A DNA stretch of 64,000 nt from Octopus vulgaris (taxonomy: Eukaryota): assembly GCA_951406725.2 (NCBI GenBank), contig OX597841.1, positions 6,076,001-6,140,000 on the forward strand. Direction: 5' to 3'. Made by a program: the position numbers and the translations under genes. Below, piece after piece: positions 48,194 to 60,813 of this stretch. Positions within the stretch are counted from its first letter, which is position 1. Each line of letters starts with the position of its first letter. Under the pieces are notes generated by a model. That model had not been told where the DNA came from. It ran no database searches and saw nothing but the letters and a program-made list of their open reading frames with translations.

Positions 48194-49454
48194 GGCAATC
48201 TTTCGTCTCTAGTAGACCTTTCCGTCCATTTCCGTAAAATTTTTTTTTTTTTTACATATGGACTTGCGGGAACTTTTGAAGTAATGAGAGCGAAAGAGAC
48301 TAAGAGAAAGCGATTGTATGACGAGGGAAGTTCTTTTGAAGTTACCGTGCATGTGAAGCATTGATGTACATGTGTGTGTGTGTGTGTGTTTGATGGGGTG
48401 TGGGAGACAGACAGTATATTGTGTAAGTGAAGTGCTTCTGTTAGTGTGTGTGAAGAGACAGAGAGAGTAATGTGTGAAAGAGAGAGATAACTGAAATTTT
48501 TTACTCGGTGTATGTGTATATGTATGTCTGCATGTATGTGTGTGTGTGTATGTATCTATGTATGTGTGTATGTATGTATGTATGGCCGATTCAGTGTAAT
48601 TTTTTACTCGGTGTATGTGTATATGTATGTCTGCATGTATGTGTGTGTGTATGTATCTATGTATGTGTGTGTGTGTATGTATGTATGGCCGATTCAGTGT
48701 AATTTTTTACTCGGTGTATGTGTATATGTATGTCTGCATGTATGTGTGTGTGTGTATGTATCTATGTATGTGTGTGTATGTATGTATGTATGGCCGATTC
48801 AGTGTAATTTTTTACTCGGTGTATGGTATGTGTATATGTATGTATGCATGTATGTGTGTGTGTATGTATCTATGTATGTGTGTGTATGTATGTATGTATG
48901 GCCGATTCAGTGTAATTTTTTACTCGGTGTATGTGTATATGTATGTCTGCATGTATGTGTGTGTGTATGTATCTATGTATGTGTGTGTATGTATGTATGT
49001 ATGGCCGATTCAGTGTAATTTTTTACTCGGTGTATGTGTATATGTATGTCTGCATGTATGTGTGTGTGTATGTATCTATGTATGTGTGTGTATGTATGTA
49101 TGTATGGCCGATTCAGTGTAATTTTTTACTCGGTGTATGTGTATATGTATGTCTGCATGTATGTGTGTGTGTATGTATCTATGTATGTGTGTGTATGTAT
49201 GTATGTATGGCCGATTCAGTGTAATTTTTTACTCGGTGTATGTGTATATGTATGTATGCATGTATGTGTGTGTGTATGTATCTATGTATGTGTGTGTATG
49301 TATGTATGTATGGCCGATTCAGTGTAATTTTTTACTCGGTGTATGTGTATATGTATGTATATTACTTCAAAAGTTCCCGCAAGCCCATATGTAAAAAAAT
49401 ATATTTTTTTTTACGGAAATCGACGGAAAGGTCTACTAGAGACGAAAGATCGCC
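48194..49454. mobile_element. Merlin-like MITE (~95-bp TIRs, 8-bp TSD) containing an 8 x 103-bp tandem array
   Basis: GGCAATCTTTCGTCTCTAGTAGACC / GGTCTACTAGAGACGAAAGATCGCC; TSD AAAAGACT; GGCCGATTCAG at 48584, 48687, 48792, 48900, 49003, 49106, 49209, 49312. Confidence 0.85.
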
Positions 49455-50537
49455 AAAAGACTGAATTTCTCTGTTGGGATAAAGTGCAGTGGGGTGGGGC
49501 TGAATTTCTTTTCTATTTTAACAGTGAAAAGTACATTGGCGGTGGGTGCGGAGCGAAGTGGCTTTGCTAGAGAGTATTCTTTTTATTGTAGGTCGCATAT
49601 CTGTCAAAATCAAATCAGATGTTTTATCAGTTTTTTCGGTAATTTCGGTAAAGGTTTTTTTTATTAAAAAAAAAAAAAATTTTTTATGTCCTGTTGAAGC
49701 CGACATTTACTGTTTCAAGTCCGCGAGCGAACCGAGAAGCGAAAGGCGCATACACACGCACGCACGCACCACGTACGCACACGCACACACTTTGACATTT
49801 CTATCTACGAGTTGAGTGGTGAATCACCAACTCGTACACAATTTGATGATGTCGCTGTGCTTTACAAAATTTATTGATTTCACACAATGTTATATGATGT
49901 AATTTGCTAATATGGAAATGTAGTAATCTAATACTGTTTCTTTATTCTTTCAGATTAACGGTTGACATTTGCACAAAACTTTTGTCTATCGGGATACATT
50001 ATCATTACGATCGTTTAACGTCCGCATTTCCATGCTTGCAAGGGTTCGACTGTTTGACACACAGCTTGCACCAGACTCCCGTTGTCTTTTAAGGCATGGT
50101 TTCTATGGCTGGATGCCCTTCTTAACGCCAACCACCTACCAGAGTGTACCGACTGCTTTTTACATACCACCGGCGTATCATCTATTAAACACGAAAGGAA
50201 AATGTCTTAAGGAACAGATATAATAACCCTACTGCTATAAATCTAAGGTTGGATTGCTGTGAAATATTTGCTCTCACCTGAGATTCATAGCAACATTTCT
50301 CCATCTCATTACCTGGTGCTTTGGCATTCTAATTAAACTTGAATATATTTGCAAAGGAGTTTGCAGCATATTTAGACATTGATAAAGATCACAGTTGATA
50401 ACCACAGAGGTATTTGTGTAAAAACAGACACAGGAAAACTATTGAAATATTGTGATGAACAAAGAATAATTTCAAGGGATTAATGTAACAGGGTGAAACA
50501 GCTAAAGGATTTGGTTTTGTTTTTATTCCTTGGAGAA

Positions 50538-52076
50538 ATGTCAAAAGATACACAAGAATCATCATACCACTGGGATATCAGTGATAAACCATTCTGTGAA
50601 AATGATAATTTAAAAGAGCAAAAATGTAATCCTTCAGAAGGAAAACGATATCATTGTGATATCTGTGATAAGCTATTCTCTGGCAGTACTGCTTTAACTA
50701 CTCACAGACGTATTCATACGGGAGAGAAGCCATTTCACTGTGACATCTGTGGTAAAGCATTCTCTGATGGAAGCGCCTTAACTTCTCACAAACGCATCCA
50801 TACAGGGGAGAAACCGTTTCGCTGTTACATCTGTGGTAAATCATTCTCTAGAAGTAATGCTTTGACAATTCACAAACGGGTTCATACAGGGGAGAAACCA
50901 TTTCAGTGTGATATCTGTGGCAGGTCAATGTCCGGAAGTAGCGATCTAATTAAGCACAAACGTATTCACACAGGAGAGAAGCCATTTCACTGTGACATCT
51001 GTGGTCAGTCATTCTGTTTAAGTAGTGGCTTAACTACTCACAAGCGAATTCATACAGGAGAGAAGCCATTTGAATGTGATGTCTGTGGTAAATCTTTCTC
51101 TCAAAATACTAACTTGAAGAGACACAAATCTATTCATACAGGAAAGAAACCAGTTCAGTGTGACATCTGTGGTAAACGATTCTTTGACAATTATGGTTTA
51201 ACAAAGCACAAACGTGTTCATACGGGAGAGAAACCCTACCGCTGTGATATCTGTGGTAAATCATTCTCTGTAAGTTGTGCCTTGATTAAACACAAACGAA
51301 TTCATACGGGAGAGAAACCCTACCGCTGTGATATCTGTGGTAAAGCATTCACTGCAAGTGGTGGTTTAAGAATTCACAAACGCCTCCATACGGGTGAGAA
51401 GCCATTTCAATGTGACATCTGTGGCAAATCATTATCACGACTTGATAAGTTAAATTCACACAAACTTATTCATACACGAGAGAAACAATATCAATGTGAT
51501 ATTTGCAGTAAATCATTCTCAAAAAGTAGTAAATTAACAAAACACAAGCATATTCATACAGGAGAGGAGCAATTTCACTGTAATATTTGTGGTAAATCAT
51601 TCTGTAAAAAAACTGCCTTAACTATTCACAGACGTATTCATACTGGAGAGAAGCCACATCACTGTGATATCTGTGGTAAATCATTCTCTCAAGTAGGTAA
51701 CTTGACTTCTCACAAGCGTATTCATACGGGAGAGAAGCCATTTCATTGTGATATTTGTGGCAAATCATTCACTCAAAGCAGTGAATTAACTAGACACACA
51801 CGAACTCATACAGGAGAGAAACCGTACCGCTGTGAAATCTGTGGTCAATTATTCTCAGAATGTACTAACTTAACTAAACACAAACGTACTCATACAGGAG
51901 AGAAGCCACATCATTGTGTTATATGTGGTAAATCATTCCCTGAAAAAGCTGCCTTAAGAAAACACCACCGTGTACATACTGGCGAGAAACCATTTCACTG
52001 TGGTATTTGTGGTAAATCATTCTCTATAAATAGTCAATTAACTAAACACAAAACTGTTCATAAAGTAGAGAAATGA
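50538..52076 (+). CDS. ZNF-G, C2H2 protein (17 intact fingers plus degenerate first)
   Basis: ATG of MSKDTQESS at 50538; acceptor at 49953/49954; relic fingers at 52077-52308. Confidence 0.93.
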   Translation: MSKDTQESSYHWDISDKPFCENDNLKEQKCNPSEGKRYHCDICDKLFSGSTALTTHRRIHTGEKPFHCDICGKAFSDGSALTSHKRIHTGEKPFRCYICGKSFSRSNALTIHKRVHTGEKPFQCDICGRSMSGSSDLIKHKRIHTGEKPFHCDICGQSFCLSSGLTTHKRIHTGEKPFECDVCGKSFSQNTNLKRHKSIHTGKKPVQCDICGKRFFDNYGLTKHKRVHTGEKPYRCDICGKSFSVSCALIKHKRIHTGEKPYRCDICGKAFTASGGLRIHKRLHTGEKPFQCDICGKSLSRLDKLNSHKLIHTREKQYQCDICSKSFSKSSKLTKHKHIHTGEEQFHCNICGKSFCKKTALTIHRRIHTGEKPHHCDICGKSFSQVGNLTSHKRIHTGEKPFHCDICGKSFTQSSELTRHTRTHTGEKPYRCEICGQLFSECTNLTKHKRTHTGEKPHHCVICGKSFPEKAALRKHHRVHTGEKPFHCGICGKSFSINSQLTKHKTVHKVEK

Positions 52077-53330
52077 TTTAACTCTGACATTTTCTGTAGA
52101 AAGTTACTTCACAAAACATCAACATAGTCATTCAGGAGAGAAACCACATCACTTTGATATTTGTGACTAATCATTCTCTATAAGAAGTCACTTGAATCAT
52201 AAACATGGTCATACAAGAAAATAGCCATCTCACTGCCACATGTGTACTAAATCATTCTCTCACAAACTCCACTCAACTAAACATGTATCTATCCATACAA
52301 AAGTATGACTTTATCATTCTGAAATTTCTTTACAACAAACAAGGAACACTTTCAAATGATTTTCTCTGCTAAACCATGGATTATCTTTGTGGACTTTACA
52401 ATAATCCATGAACCTTTGGCAATAATTATATCCCTCATGGTTGTTTGTTTGAGGAGTTGTTTTACAGCCAGAAGCCCTTCCTTATGCCACCCCTTTTAGT
52501 AACCTTTTATGTGGGACATAAAAGGTTACTAAAAGGTTACTTGGACACAAGCTGCTTGTTAAAATTCATTCTGTTTCAGAAATAACTTGTATAACCATAA
52601 ATGTATTCCCCGTGGGAAAGAAGATACGAGCCGTGTGATAACAAGCTGCTGTCACGATATTTTATATCACCACAGTTATATCAACATTGGTGAGATAACA
52701 TATTACTGTGATATTTTGAATAAAAAACATTCTCATAACTATCCAATATAAAACATTTCCAGGATTTTGGAAAGATATTGTGGGTAAATAAGTGAGAAAT
52801 ATATTCTCAGAGATGTGTAATAATATCACTGTATCATTTGTTAAGATATCAATAAAGCATAAAACATAATATTTCATCATAGCATAAGAGGATATATGCA
52901 AATGTTTTCTACTATAGCCTTGGGCTTGTGAGTGGATTTGGTAGATGGAAACTGAAAGAAGCCCGTTGCATATATATATATATATGCGTGTGTGTGTTTG
53001 TGTGTCTGTGTTTGTCCCCCTAGCATTGCTTGACAACCGATGCTGCTGTGTTTATGTTTCCGTTACTTAGGTGACTGGTACAGCCTTCTGGCTTGCCAGT
53101 CCTCAGTCAAACTGCCCAACCCATGCCAGCATGGAAAGCAGACGTTAAATGATGATGATGATGATGATAATGATGGTCGTGGTGGTGGTGGTGGTGGTGA
53201 CCGTTTCATTGTTGACCCCAGTTTTAGCAGTGGTGGTGCTGATTATAATAGTGATGATGATGATGGTGATGGTGGTAATGATGAATGAGTTTGTTGTTGT
53301 TGTTGGTGGTGGTGGTGCTTTTATTGCTGT

Positions 53331-53720
53331 GGAGGCGCAATGGCCCAGTGGTTAGGGCAGCGGACTCGCGGTCATAGGATCGTGGTTTCGATTCCCAAAC
53401 TGGGCGTTGTGAGTGTTTATTGAGCGAAAACACCTAAAAGCTCCAAGAGGCTCTGGCAGGGGATGGTGGTGATCCCTGCTGTACTCTTTCACCACAACTT
53501 TTTCTCTCACTCTTACTTCCTGTTTCTGTTGTACCTGTATTTCAAAGGGCCGGCCTTATCACTCTCTGTGTCACGCCGAATATCCCCGAGAACTACGTTC
53601 AGGGTACACGTGTCTGTGGAGTGCTCAGCCACTTACACGTTAATTTCACGAGCAAGCTGTTCCGTTGATTCGGATCAACCGGAACCCTCTTCGTCGTAAC
53701 CGACGGAGTGCTTCCATCCA
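53331..53720 (+). mobile_element. SINE family 3, full length
   Basis: GGAGGCGCAATGGCCCAGTGG head to GGAGTGCTTCCATCC; GCTTTTATTGCTG duplicated on both flanks. Confidence 0.88.
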
Positions 53721-53894
53721 TCCAGCTTTTATTGCTGGTCCCAGTTTTGGCAGTGGTGATGCTGATACTAGTACATGTGTCTCCTGGTCAGGGATTGGAA
53801 TATCCCTGGTGTTGGCTGGCATCGGCCACCCTTAAAGAATTCTCTGTTATTGGTAGAAGACATCTCCAGTTACTTTGATCTAAATTCTGGCCTC

Positions 53895-54118
53895 TTTTAC
53901 TCCTTTAGTTGTTTCAGTCATTTGACTGCGGCCATGCTGGAGCACCGCCTTTTAGTCGAGCAAATCGACCCCGGGACTTATTCTTTGTAAGCCCAGTACC
54001 TACTCTATCGGTCTCTAAGTGACGGGGACGTAAACACACCAGCATAGGCTGTCAAGCAATGCTAGGGGGACAAACACACACACACACACATATATATATA
54101 TATGTATACATATATACG

Positions 54119-54199
<81 letters not shown>

Positions 54200-54590
54200 C
54201 GCAGGAGAGGCTGTGTGGTAAGTAGCTTGCTAACCAACCACATGGTTCCGGGTTCAGTCCCACTGCGTGGCACCTTGGGCAAGTGTCTTCTACTATAGCC
54301 TTGGGCCGACCAAAGCCTTGTGAGTGGATTTGGTAGACGGAAACTGAAAGAAGCCCATCGTATATATGTATATATATATATATGTGTGTGTGTGTGTTGT
54401 CCTCCTAGCATTGCTTGACAACCGATGCTGGTGTGTTTATGTCCCCGTCACTTAGCGGTTCGGCAAAAGAGACTGATAGAATGAGTACTGGGCTTACAAA
54501 AGAATAAGTCCCGGGGTCGAGTTGCTCGATTAAAGGCGGTGCTCAAGCATGGTCGCAGTCAAATGACTGAAACAAGTAAAAGAGTAAAGA
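53895..54590. mobile_element. Inverted pair of family-1 SINEs around (TA)n
   Basis: Minus-strand 3' half 53895-54120 and plus-strand full copy 54197-54590. Confidence 0.85.
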
Positions 54591-55560
54591 GAGAGAGAGT
54601 CCTGTTGCTTTCACAGTAAGCTCCTCATTTGAAACTGGCTATCAGTTTACATAGCAATCAATTGTTGGGCAATGTAATATGTGTGTGCAACTGAGAACCT
54701 AGGAAGCCTGGAGAAGAAATAAATCATAAAGCCAGAAGGTGGAAGAGATGGAAATATATTTATTTTTACTTATGATTATAGCCGTATATAATATTATTTA
54801 TTATATAAAATCCGTTCTGTCTGTCTGTGTGTGTGTCTTCTAGGATCTCGGGCATCCTCCATCCGATTGCGCTCAAATTTGATATGTAGATACCGATGGT
54901 ATCAGGGCATGTATAAGTCTTGAAAAAATTACAAAAATCGATTCCAGGTGAGAATGCGATCGATAAAGCCGAGGGAACGTGCATTTGTACGTGCAAGTAC
55001 ATCAGTCGAAATCTGTCTCAAATTTAGGTTAAATCAAAAACAATGGGAGAAACCGTTTCGTTATAAAAAAAAATACAAAGAAAAAAAAATCAATACATCA
55101 ACAAGGTGGTCGTGGGTTGTGCTAGAAACAACAGCCAAATCTCCCTTAAATCACACACCTTTTCGTCTGAAAATACTTCCAAAATTTTTTCCTTTCTTCA
55201 CCGAAAAGACTTCTCCCGTGGTTTATAAATGCGTAGGGCACACAAGGAAAAGATTTAGAAAGAAAGGCCAAAATCTTGGTTCCAAGGGCGTAGTAAAAGA
55301 AAATTCGGGAAATCCCCGATAAAACGGAGAAGAATACAGTTTATGTGGGCGCCAAATATTCTCTACAGCTTCTTCATGATCTGTCGCAGTGTCTTCTTCG
55401 TGACATGTTTACACACCAGGCAGCTAAATAGAAAAAGTTATTGAAATCAGACATTACTCATTTTACCCCATCTTAGACATCATTTTTTGAAACTTGAAAA
55501 TTATTAAATTAGGCGTAAGTGTGAGAAAAAATTGAGCTGGAACCCAACAGAAAAAAAGAA

Positions 55561-56211
55561 GGCAATCTTTCGTCTCTAGTAGACCTTTCCGTCGATTTCC
55601 GTAAAAAACTTCTTTTTTTTTTACATATGGGCTTGCGGGAACTTTTGAAGTAATGAGAGTGAAAGAGACTAAGAGAAAGCGATTGTATGACGAGGGAAGT
55701 TCTTTTGAAGTTACCGTTCAGGGGGGACTGTTGATGTACATGTGTGTGTGTGTGTTTGATGGGGTGTGGGAGACAGACAGTATGTTGTGTAAGTGAAGTG
55801 CTTCTGTTAGTGTGTGTGAAGAGACAGAGAGAGTAATGTGTGAAAGAGAGAGATAACTGAAATTCTTTACTCGGTGTATGTGTATATGTTTGTTTTTGTT
55901 TTGTTTTTCCAGTTTCAGCTCTTGAGCTGTGGCCATGCTGGGGCACCGCCATTGTGGTGAAAGAGTACAGCAGGGATCACCACCCCCTGCCGGAGCCTCG
56001 TAGAGCTTTTAGGTGTTTTCGCTCAATAAACACACACAACGCCCGGTCTGAGAATCGAAACCGCGATCCTGCGACCGCGAGTCCGCTGCCCTAACCACTA
56101 GGCCATTGCGCCTATGTATATTACTTCAAAAGTTCCCGCAAGCCCATATGTAAAGAAAAAAATTTTTTTACGGAAATCGACGGAAAGGTCTGCTAGAAAC
56201 GAAAGATCGCC
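55561..56211. mobile_element. Second copy of the Merlin-like MITE, with SINE fragments inside
   Basis: Same TIRs as 48194-49454; TSD AAAAAGAA. Confidence 0.85.
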
Positions 56212-56427
56212 AAAAAGAATATTGATTGTTAAACATAAAGAAATTATCCAGATATTTCATTAGCAATTTCGATTACAATCGCAAAATGAGGAAAAATTTC
56301 CGGAAAACCATTATTTGTCAGCTTTCTCTCAACTTCAACAACAACGATGCTGTCCAATTTTTTACTCCTAAAGATGATGCACAGAACAAAACAATGATAA
56401 AGTTACCGATTCTGTCCTGTACTGGAC

Positions 56428-56692
56428 TCCAGTGTGTAACTGGTACTTATTTAATCGACCCCGAACGGATGAAAGGTAAAGTTGACCTCGGCGGAATTTG
56501 AACTCAGAACGTAAACAGACGAAATACCTATTTCTTTATTACCAACAAGGGGCTAAACATAGAGGGGACAAACAAGGACAGACATAGGTATTAAGTCGAT
56601 TACATCGACCTCAGTGCGTAACTGGTACTTACTTTATCGACCCCGAACGGATGAAAGGTAAAGTCGACCTCGGCGGAATTTGAACTCAGAAC
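56428..56692 (-). mobile_element. SINE family 2, tandem partial units
   Basis: Same repeat unit as 4613-5365. Confidence 0.8.
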
Positions 56693-56952
56693 ACTTCTAA
56701 TTAGATGAGCTAATCGAATTATATCGGATCAGTCTGTTTAATAAACAGACACGATCGAAAGCCTTTTTTCGGTAGTGTGTGTTGGCAAGAGGTGTTTAGC
56801 TGCTATTTTAGCCGGTTGAATGACCATGTGAAGACACCCTTGTTGATACGTAATAACTATTTAGCTGGATGATATTTTTTGGCATTTTCCATGGATTAGA
56901 TGCAATTAAAGATGTAAATTAATATAATTCAAGCTGATTTTCATCGAGATAT

Positions 56953-57423
56953 AGGCGTAGGAGTGGCTATGGGGTAAGTAGCTTGCTTACCAACCACATG
57001 GTTCAGGGTTCAGTCCCACTGCGTGGTACCTTGGGCAAGTGTCTTCTACTATAGCCTCGGGCCGACCAAAGTCTTGTGAGTGGATTTGGTAGACGGAAAC
57101 TGAAAGAAGCCCGTCGTATATGTATGTGTGTGTGTGTATGTATATGTGTGTGTATGTATGTGTGTGTATGTATGTATGTGTGTGTGTATGTATGTATGCA
57201 TGCATGTGTGTGTGTCTGTTTGTCCCCTCCAACATCGCTTGACAACTGATGCTGGTGTGTTTACCGGCACTTAGCGGTAACTCAGCGGTTCGGCAAAAGA
57301 GACCGATCGAATAAGTACCAGGCTTACAAAGAATAAGTCCTGGGGTCGATTTGCTCGACTAAAGGCGGTGCTCCAGCATGGCCGCAGTCAAATGACCGAA
57401 ACAAGTAAAAAGAGTAAAAGAGT
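56953..57423 (+). mobile_element. SINE family 1
   Basis: Complete copy with expanded microsatellite. Confidence 0.85.
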
Positions 57424-57426
57424 ATA

Positions 57427-57862
57427 TATTATGTTGGGGACTTTTAATATATGTCACCGGTCTCTTTTAAACGAGGGAAAAACTTATTGATGAACCCTCG
57501 TGTGTTTCTAATTAGTTGAGCTGATCTAATTACATAATCTGTCGTAATTACCTCGTGTTTACATCTGTGGATAAGAAAGGGTGCCCTGCATGCTTGCGGG
57601 TTGATGTTCCATCATCTTCATGATTATATATTTCATCTGATCACAGTTTTACATCGTTGATAGGTTGACCCCTATTTTTAGGCGACCAGGGAAATGAATA
57701 ACAAATCAATCACTGAACTTTCCTCACCTGTCTCCACTTTTCCTCTGGACTTTAAATCGAAAGCGCAAATTATTTGCGTCGCTATTGTTTTGTATATATT
57801 GTAGCACGTTTCTACTAATTGAATTTCAGGGGAGGACCCGGTCACCAAAGAGTATTTTAATG
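57427..57862 (+). promoter_or_regulatory. Diverged type-2 promoter/exon 1 of ZNF-H
   Basis: ATATTATGTTGGGGACTTTTAATAT.TGTCACCGG, GTTCCATCA, CCCCTATTTT and TGAACTTTCCTC match the reverse complement of the type-2 cassette; donor ATG|GTAAGT at 57862/57863. Confidence 0.6.
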
Positions 57863-57934
57863 GTAAGTACAAAATGCTCCACCATGTAAACAGCGGATTG
57901 TAATATCGAAGACAAGAAACTGCACCACAACTAT

Positions 57935-59197
57935 TTATCATTACAAATTATCAACCATCTTACAAACAATAACTCTGAGCACCTTTTCAAACTCCACCTG
58001 TCTAACACCCGTGGACATGTTTACAAAGTCAGAAAACAGCACAGCTCCCATGACTTCAGGAAACGTTTTTTCACGCTGAGAGTTGCTGAAGCATGGAATA
58101 AACTGCCGGCTTCAGCTGTTAGTTGTCGGAGTACTGCATCCTTCAAAACTTCCATGCTTTCTGAGATTCGCCAACACTACACCTGATTTTCTTCCCTCCA
58201 TACACACGCTGAAGCATGGAACAAACTGCCGGCTTCAGCTGTTAGTTGTCGGAGCACTGCATCCTTCGAAATTTCCATGCTTCCTGAGATTTGCCAACAC
58301 TACACCTGATCTTTCTCCCCCTCCATACACACGCTGAAGCATGGAACAAACTGCCGGCATCAGTTGTTAGTTGTCGGAGTACTGCATCGTTCAAAACTTC
58401 CATGCTTTCTGAGATTCGCCAACACTACACCTGATTTTCTTCCCTCCATACACACGCTGAAGCATGGAACAAACTGCCGGCATCAGTTGTTAGTTGTCGG
58501 AGCACTGCATCCTTCAAAACTTCCATGCTTTCTGAGATTCGCCAACACTACACCTGATTTTCTTCCCTCCATACAAACGCTGAAGCATGGAACAAACTGC
58601 CGGCATCAGTTGTTAGTTGTCGGAGCACTGCATCCTTCAAAACTTCCATGCTTTCTGAGATTCGCCAACACTACACCTGATTTTATTCCCTTCCATACAC
58701 ACGCTGAAGCATGGAACAAACTGCCGGCATCAGTTGTTAGTTGTCGGAGCACTGCATCCTTCAAAACTTCCATGCTTTCTGAGATTCGCCAACACTACAC
58801 CTGATTTTCTTCTCTCCATACACACGCTGAAGCATGGAACAAACTGCCGGCATCAGTTGTTAGTTGTCGGAGCACTGCATCCTTCAAAACTTCCATGCTT
58901 TCTGAGATTCGCCAACACTACACCTGATTTTCTTCCCTCCATACACACGCTGAAGCATGGAACAAACTGCCGGCATCAGTTGTTAGTTGTCGGAGCACTG
59001 CATCCTTCAAAACTTCCATGCTTCCTGAGATTCGCCAACACTACACTTGATTTTCTCTCCTCCATACACACACAAACATGTATCTGACTCATACACTGTT
59101 CCCTTCTCAGACATTTCTACATTACTGCATATACTTTATACGCACTTTTTGACAAGTTGTGGTGCACCTGAGCACTGTATACAATAATTTCATTATT
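57935..59197 (+). mobile_element. CR1 LINE 3' end with an internal 8 x ~123-bp tandem array (58085-59070)
   Basis: GCTGAAGCATGGAA at 58085, 58208, 58333, 58456, 58579, 58703, 58826, 58949; single-copy versions at 28710 and 29515. Confidence 0.9.
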
Positions 59198-59238
59198 TAA
59201 ATGTTTGTCAGCTTGCAGGCAATTCCTGGTAATTTAAT

Positions 59239-60486
59239 ATGATGGACATTAATCAATGGGACGCTTGTAACACAATTGGTTTTAACAATACAAATACAAT
59301 TGAAGAGCCAGAGGATGAAGATTTTTTATGGAATGAAACATTTCTTAAGGAAAGATCGTTATGTGGAAATGTTCCTGAATATGGCTGTGAGATTTGCGGA
59401 CAAGCATTCTCTTCAAAACATGATGTCTATACGCACAAAATAATACACAACAGGGAAAAACCTTATTATTGTAAAATATGTGGGAAATATTTTGTTTCTG
59501 ACAGGGATTTAGTAAAACATAGACGGTCACACCCTGGAGAAAAGCCGTATGAATGTGAAATTTGTGAGAAGTCCTTCTCCCTTAATTCCGTTCTTCTTAT
59601 CCACAAACGTATCCATACCGGAGAAAAACCTTTCCAATGTGAGATATGTGGGAGAGCATTTTCTCTCAAATCTGTTCTTCTTAACCATAAACGTAGTCAT
59701 GCTGGAGACAGGCCCTATAATTGTGAAGCAGGTGGGGAGTCTTTTACTCCAAAAAGCCCGTTAAAAACACACAACGCTTGTCAGACGGGAGAAAAACCAT
59801 TTCAGTGTCAAAAGTGTGGCAAACCGCTAATTAATAATTTCCAACGTGTCATTCATAAATGTAGTCCTACTGGAAAGAATCATTATAATTGTGATCTATG
59901 TGGAAAGTCTTTTATTACCAATGGTCTCTTAAAAGCACATGAATTAAATCACACTGGAAAAAAAGCATTTCACTGCGAAATATGTGGTACATGTTTTGTG
60001 TCTAATAGTAACATAACGAAGCACAAACGAATCCATGTTGGGGAAAAGCCATATCAATGTGAAATGTGTGGGAAATCTTTCTGTCAAAACCCTCAGCTTC
60101 GAATCCACAAGCGTATTCATACTGGAGAGAAGCCCTCTCAGTGTGAAATGTGTGGGAAATCTTTCTGTCAAAACCCTCAGCTTCGAATCCACAAGCGTAT
60201 TCATACTGGAGAGAAGCCCTCTCAGTGTGAAATGTGTGAGAAATCGTTTATCACTAAAAGTCTTTTTAAAACGCACATGGGAATCCATACTGGGGAATTG
60301 TTTCAGTGTGAAATCTGTGGAAAGGCTTTTAGCAAGAATTCCAGTCTTGTCGTTCACAAACGTTGCCACACTGGAGAGAAACCATTCCATTGTAAAATAC
60401 GCGGGAAATGTTTTGTGTCAAACAGTAACTTAACAAAGTGGAGGCGCAATGGCCCAGTGGTTAGGACAGCGGACTCGCGGTCATAG
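59239..60486 (+). CDS. ZNF-H, divergent CEIC-type C2H2 protein truncated by a SINE (ancestral stop at 61030-61032)
   Basis: Acidic N-terminus plus ~13 finger units; the frame runs into the SINE; remaining fingers at 60814-61032. Confidence 0.85.
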   Translation: MMDINQWDACNTIGFNNTNTIEEPEDEDFLWNETFLKERSLCGNVPEYGCEICGQAFSSKHDVYTHKIIHNREKPYYCKICGKYFVSDRDLVKHRRSHPGEKPYECEICEKSFSLNSVLLIHKRIHTGEKPFQCEICGRAFSLKSVLLNHKRSHAGDRPYNCEAGGESFTPKSPLKTHNACQTGEKPFQCQKCGKPLINNFQRVIHKCSPTGKNHYNCDLCGKSFITNGLLKAHELNHTGKKAFHCEICGTCFVSNSNITKHKRIHVGEKPYQCEMCGKSFCQNPQLRIHKRIHTGEKPSQCEMCGKSFCQNPQLRIHKRIHTGEKPSQCEMCEKSFITKSLFKTHMGIHTGELFQCEICGKAFSKNSSLVVHKRCHTGEKPFHCKIRGKCFVSNSNLTKWRRNGPVVRTADSRS

Positions 60487-60813
60487 GATCACGGTTTCGA
60501 TTCCCAGACCGGGCGTTGTGAGTGTTTATTGAGCGAAAACACCTAAAGCTCCACGAGGCTCTGGCAGGGGATGGTGGTGATCCCTGCTGTACTCTTTCAC
60601 CACAACTTTCTCTCATTCTTTCTTCCTGTTTCTGTTGTACCTGTATTTCAAGGGGCCGGCCTTGTCACTCTCTGTGTCACGCTGAATATCCCCGAGAACT
60701 ACGTTAAGGGTACACGTGTCCGTGGAGTGCTCAGCCACTTACACGTTAATTTCACGAGCAGGCTGTTCCGTTGATTCGGATCAACCGGAACCCTCGACGG
60801 AGTGCTTCCATCC
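60439..60813 (+). mobile_element. SINE family 3 inserted in ZNF-H coding sequence
   Basis: Perfect 12-bp TSD AACTTAACAAAG at 60427-60438 and 60814-60825. Confidence 0.93.

Noticed and set aside
53331-53405. tRNA-like sequence with A and B boxes
   Set aside because: Head of a multi-copy SINE with body, tail and TSD, not a tRNA gene.
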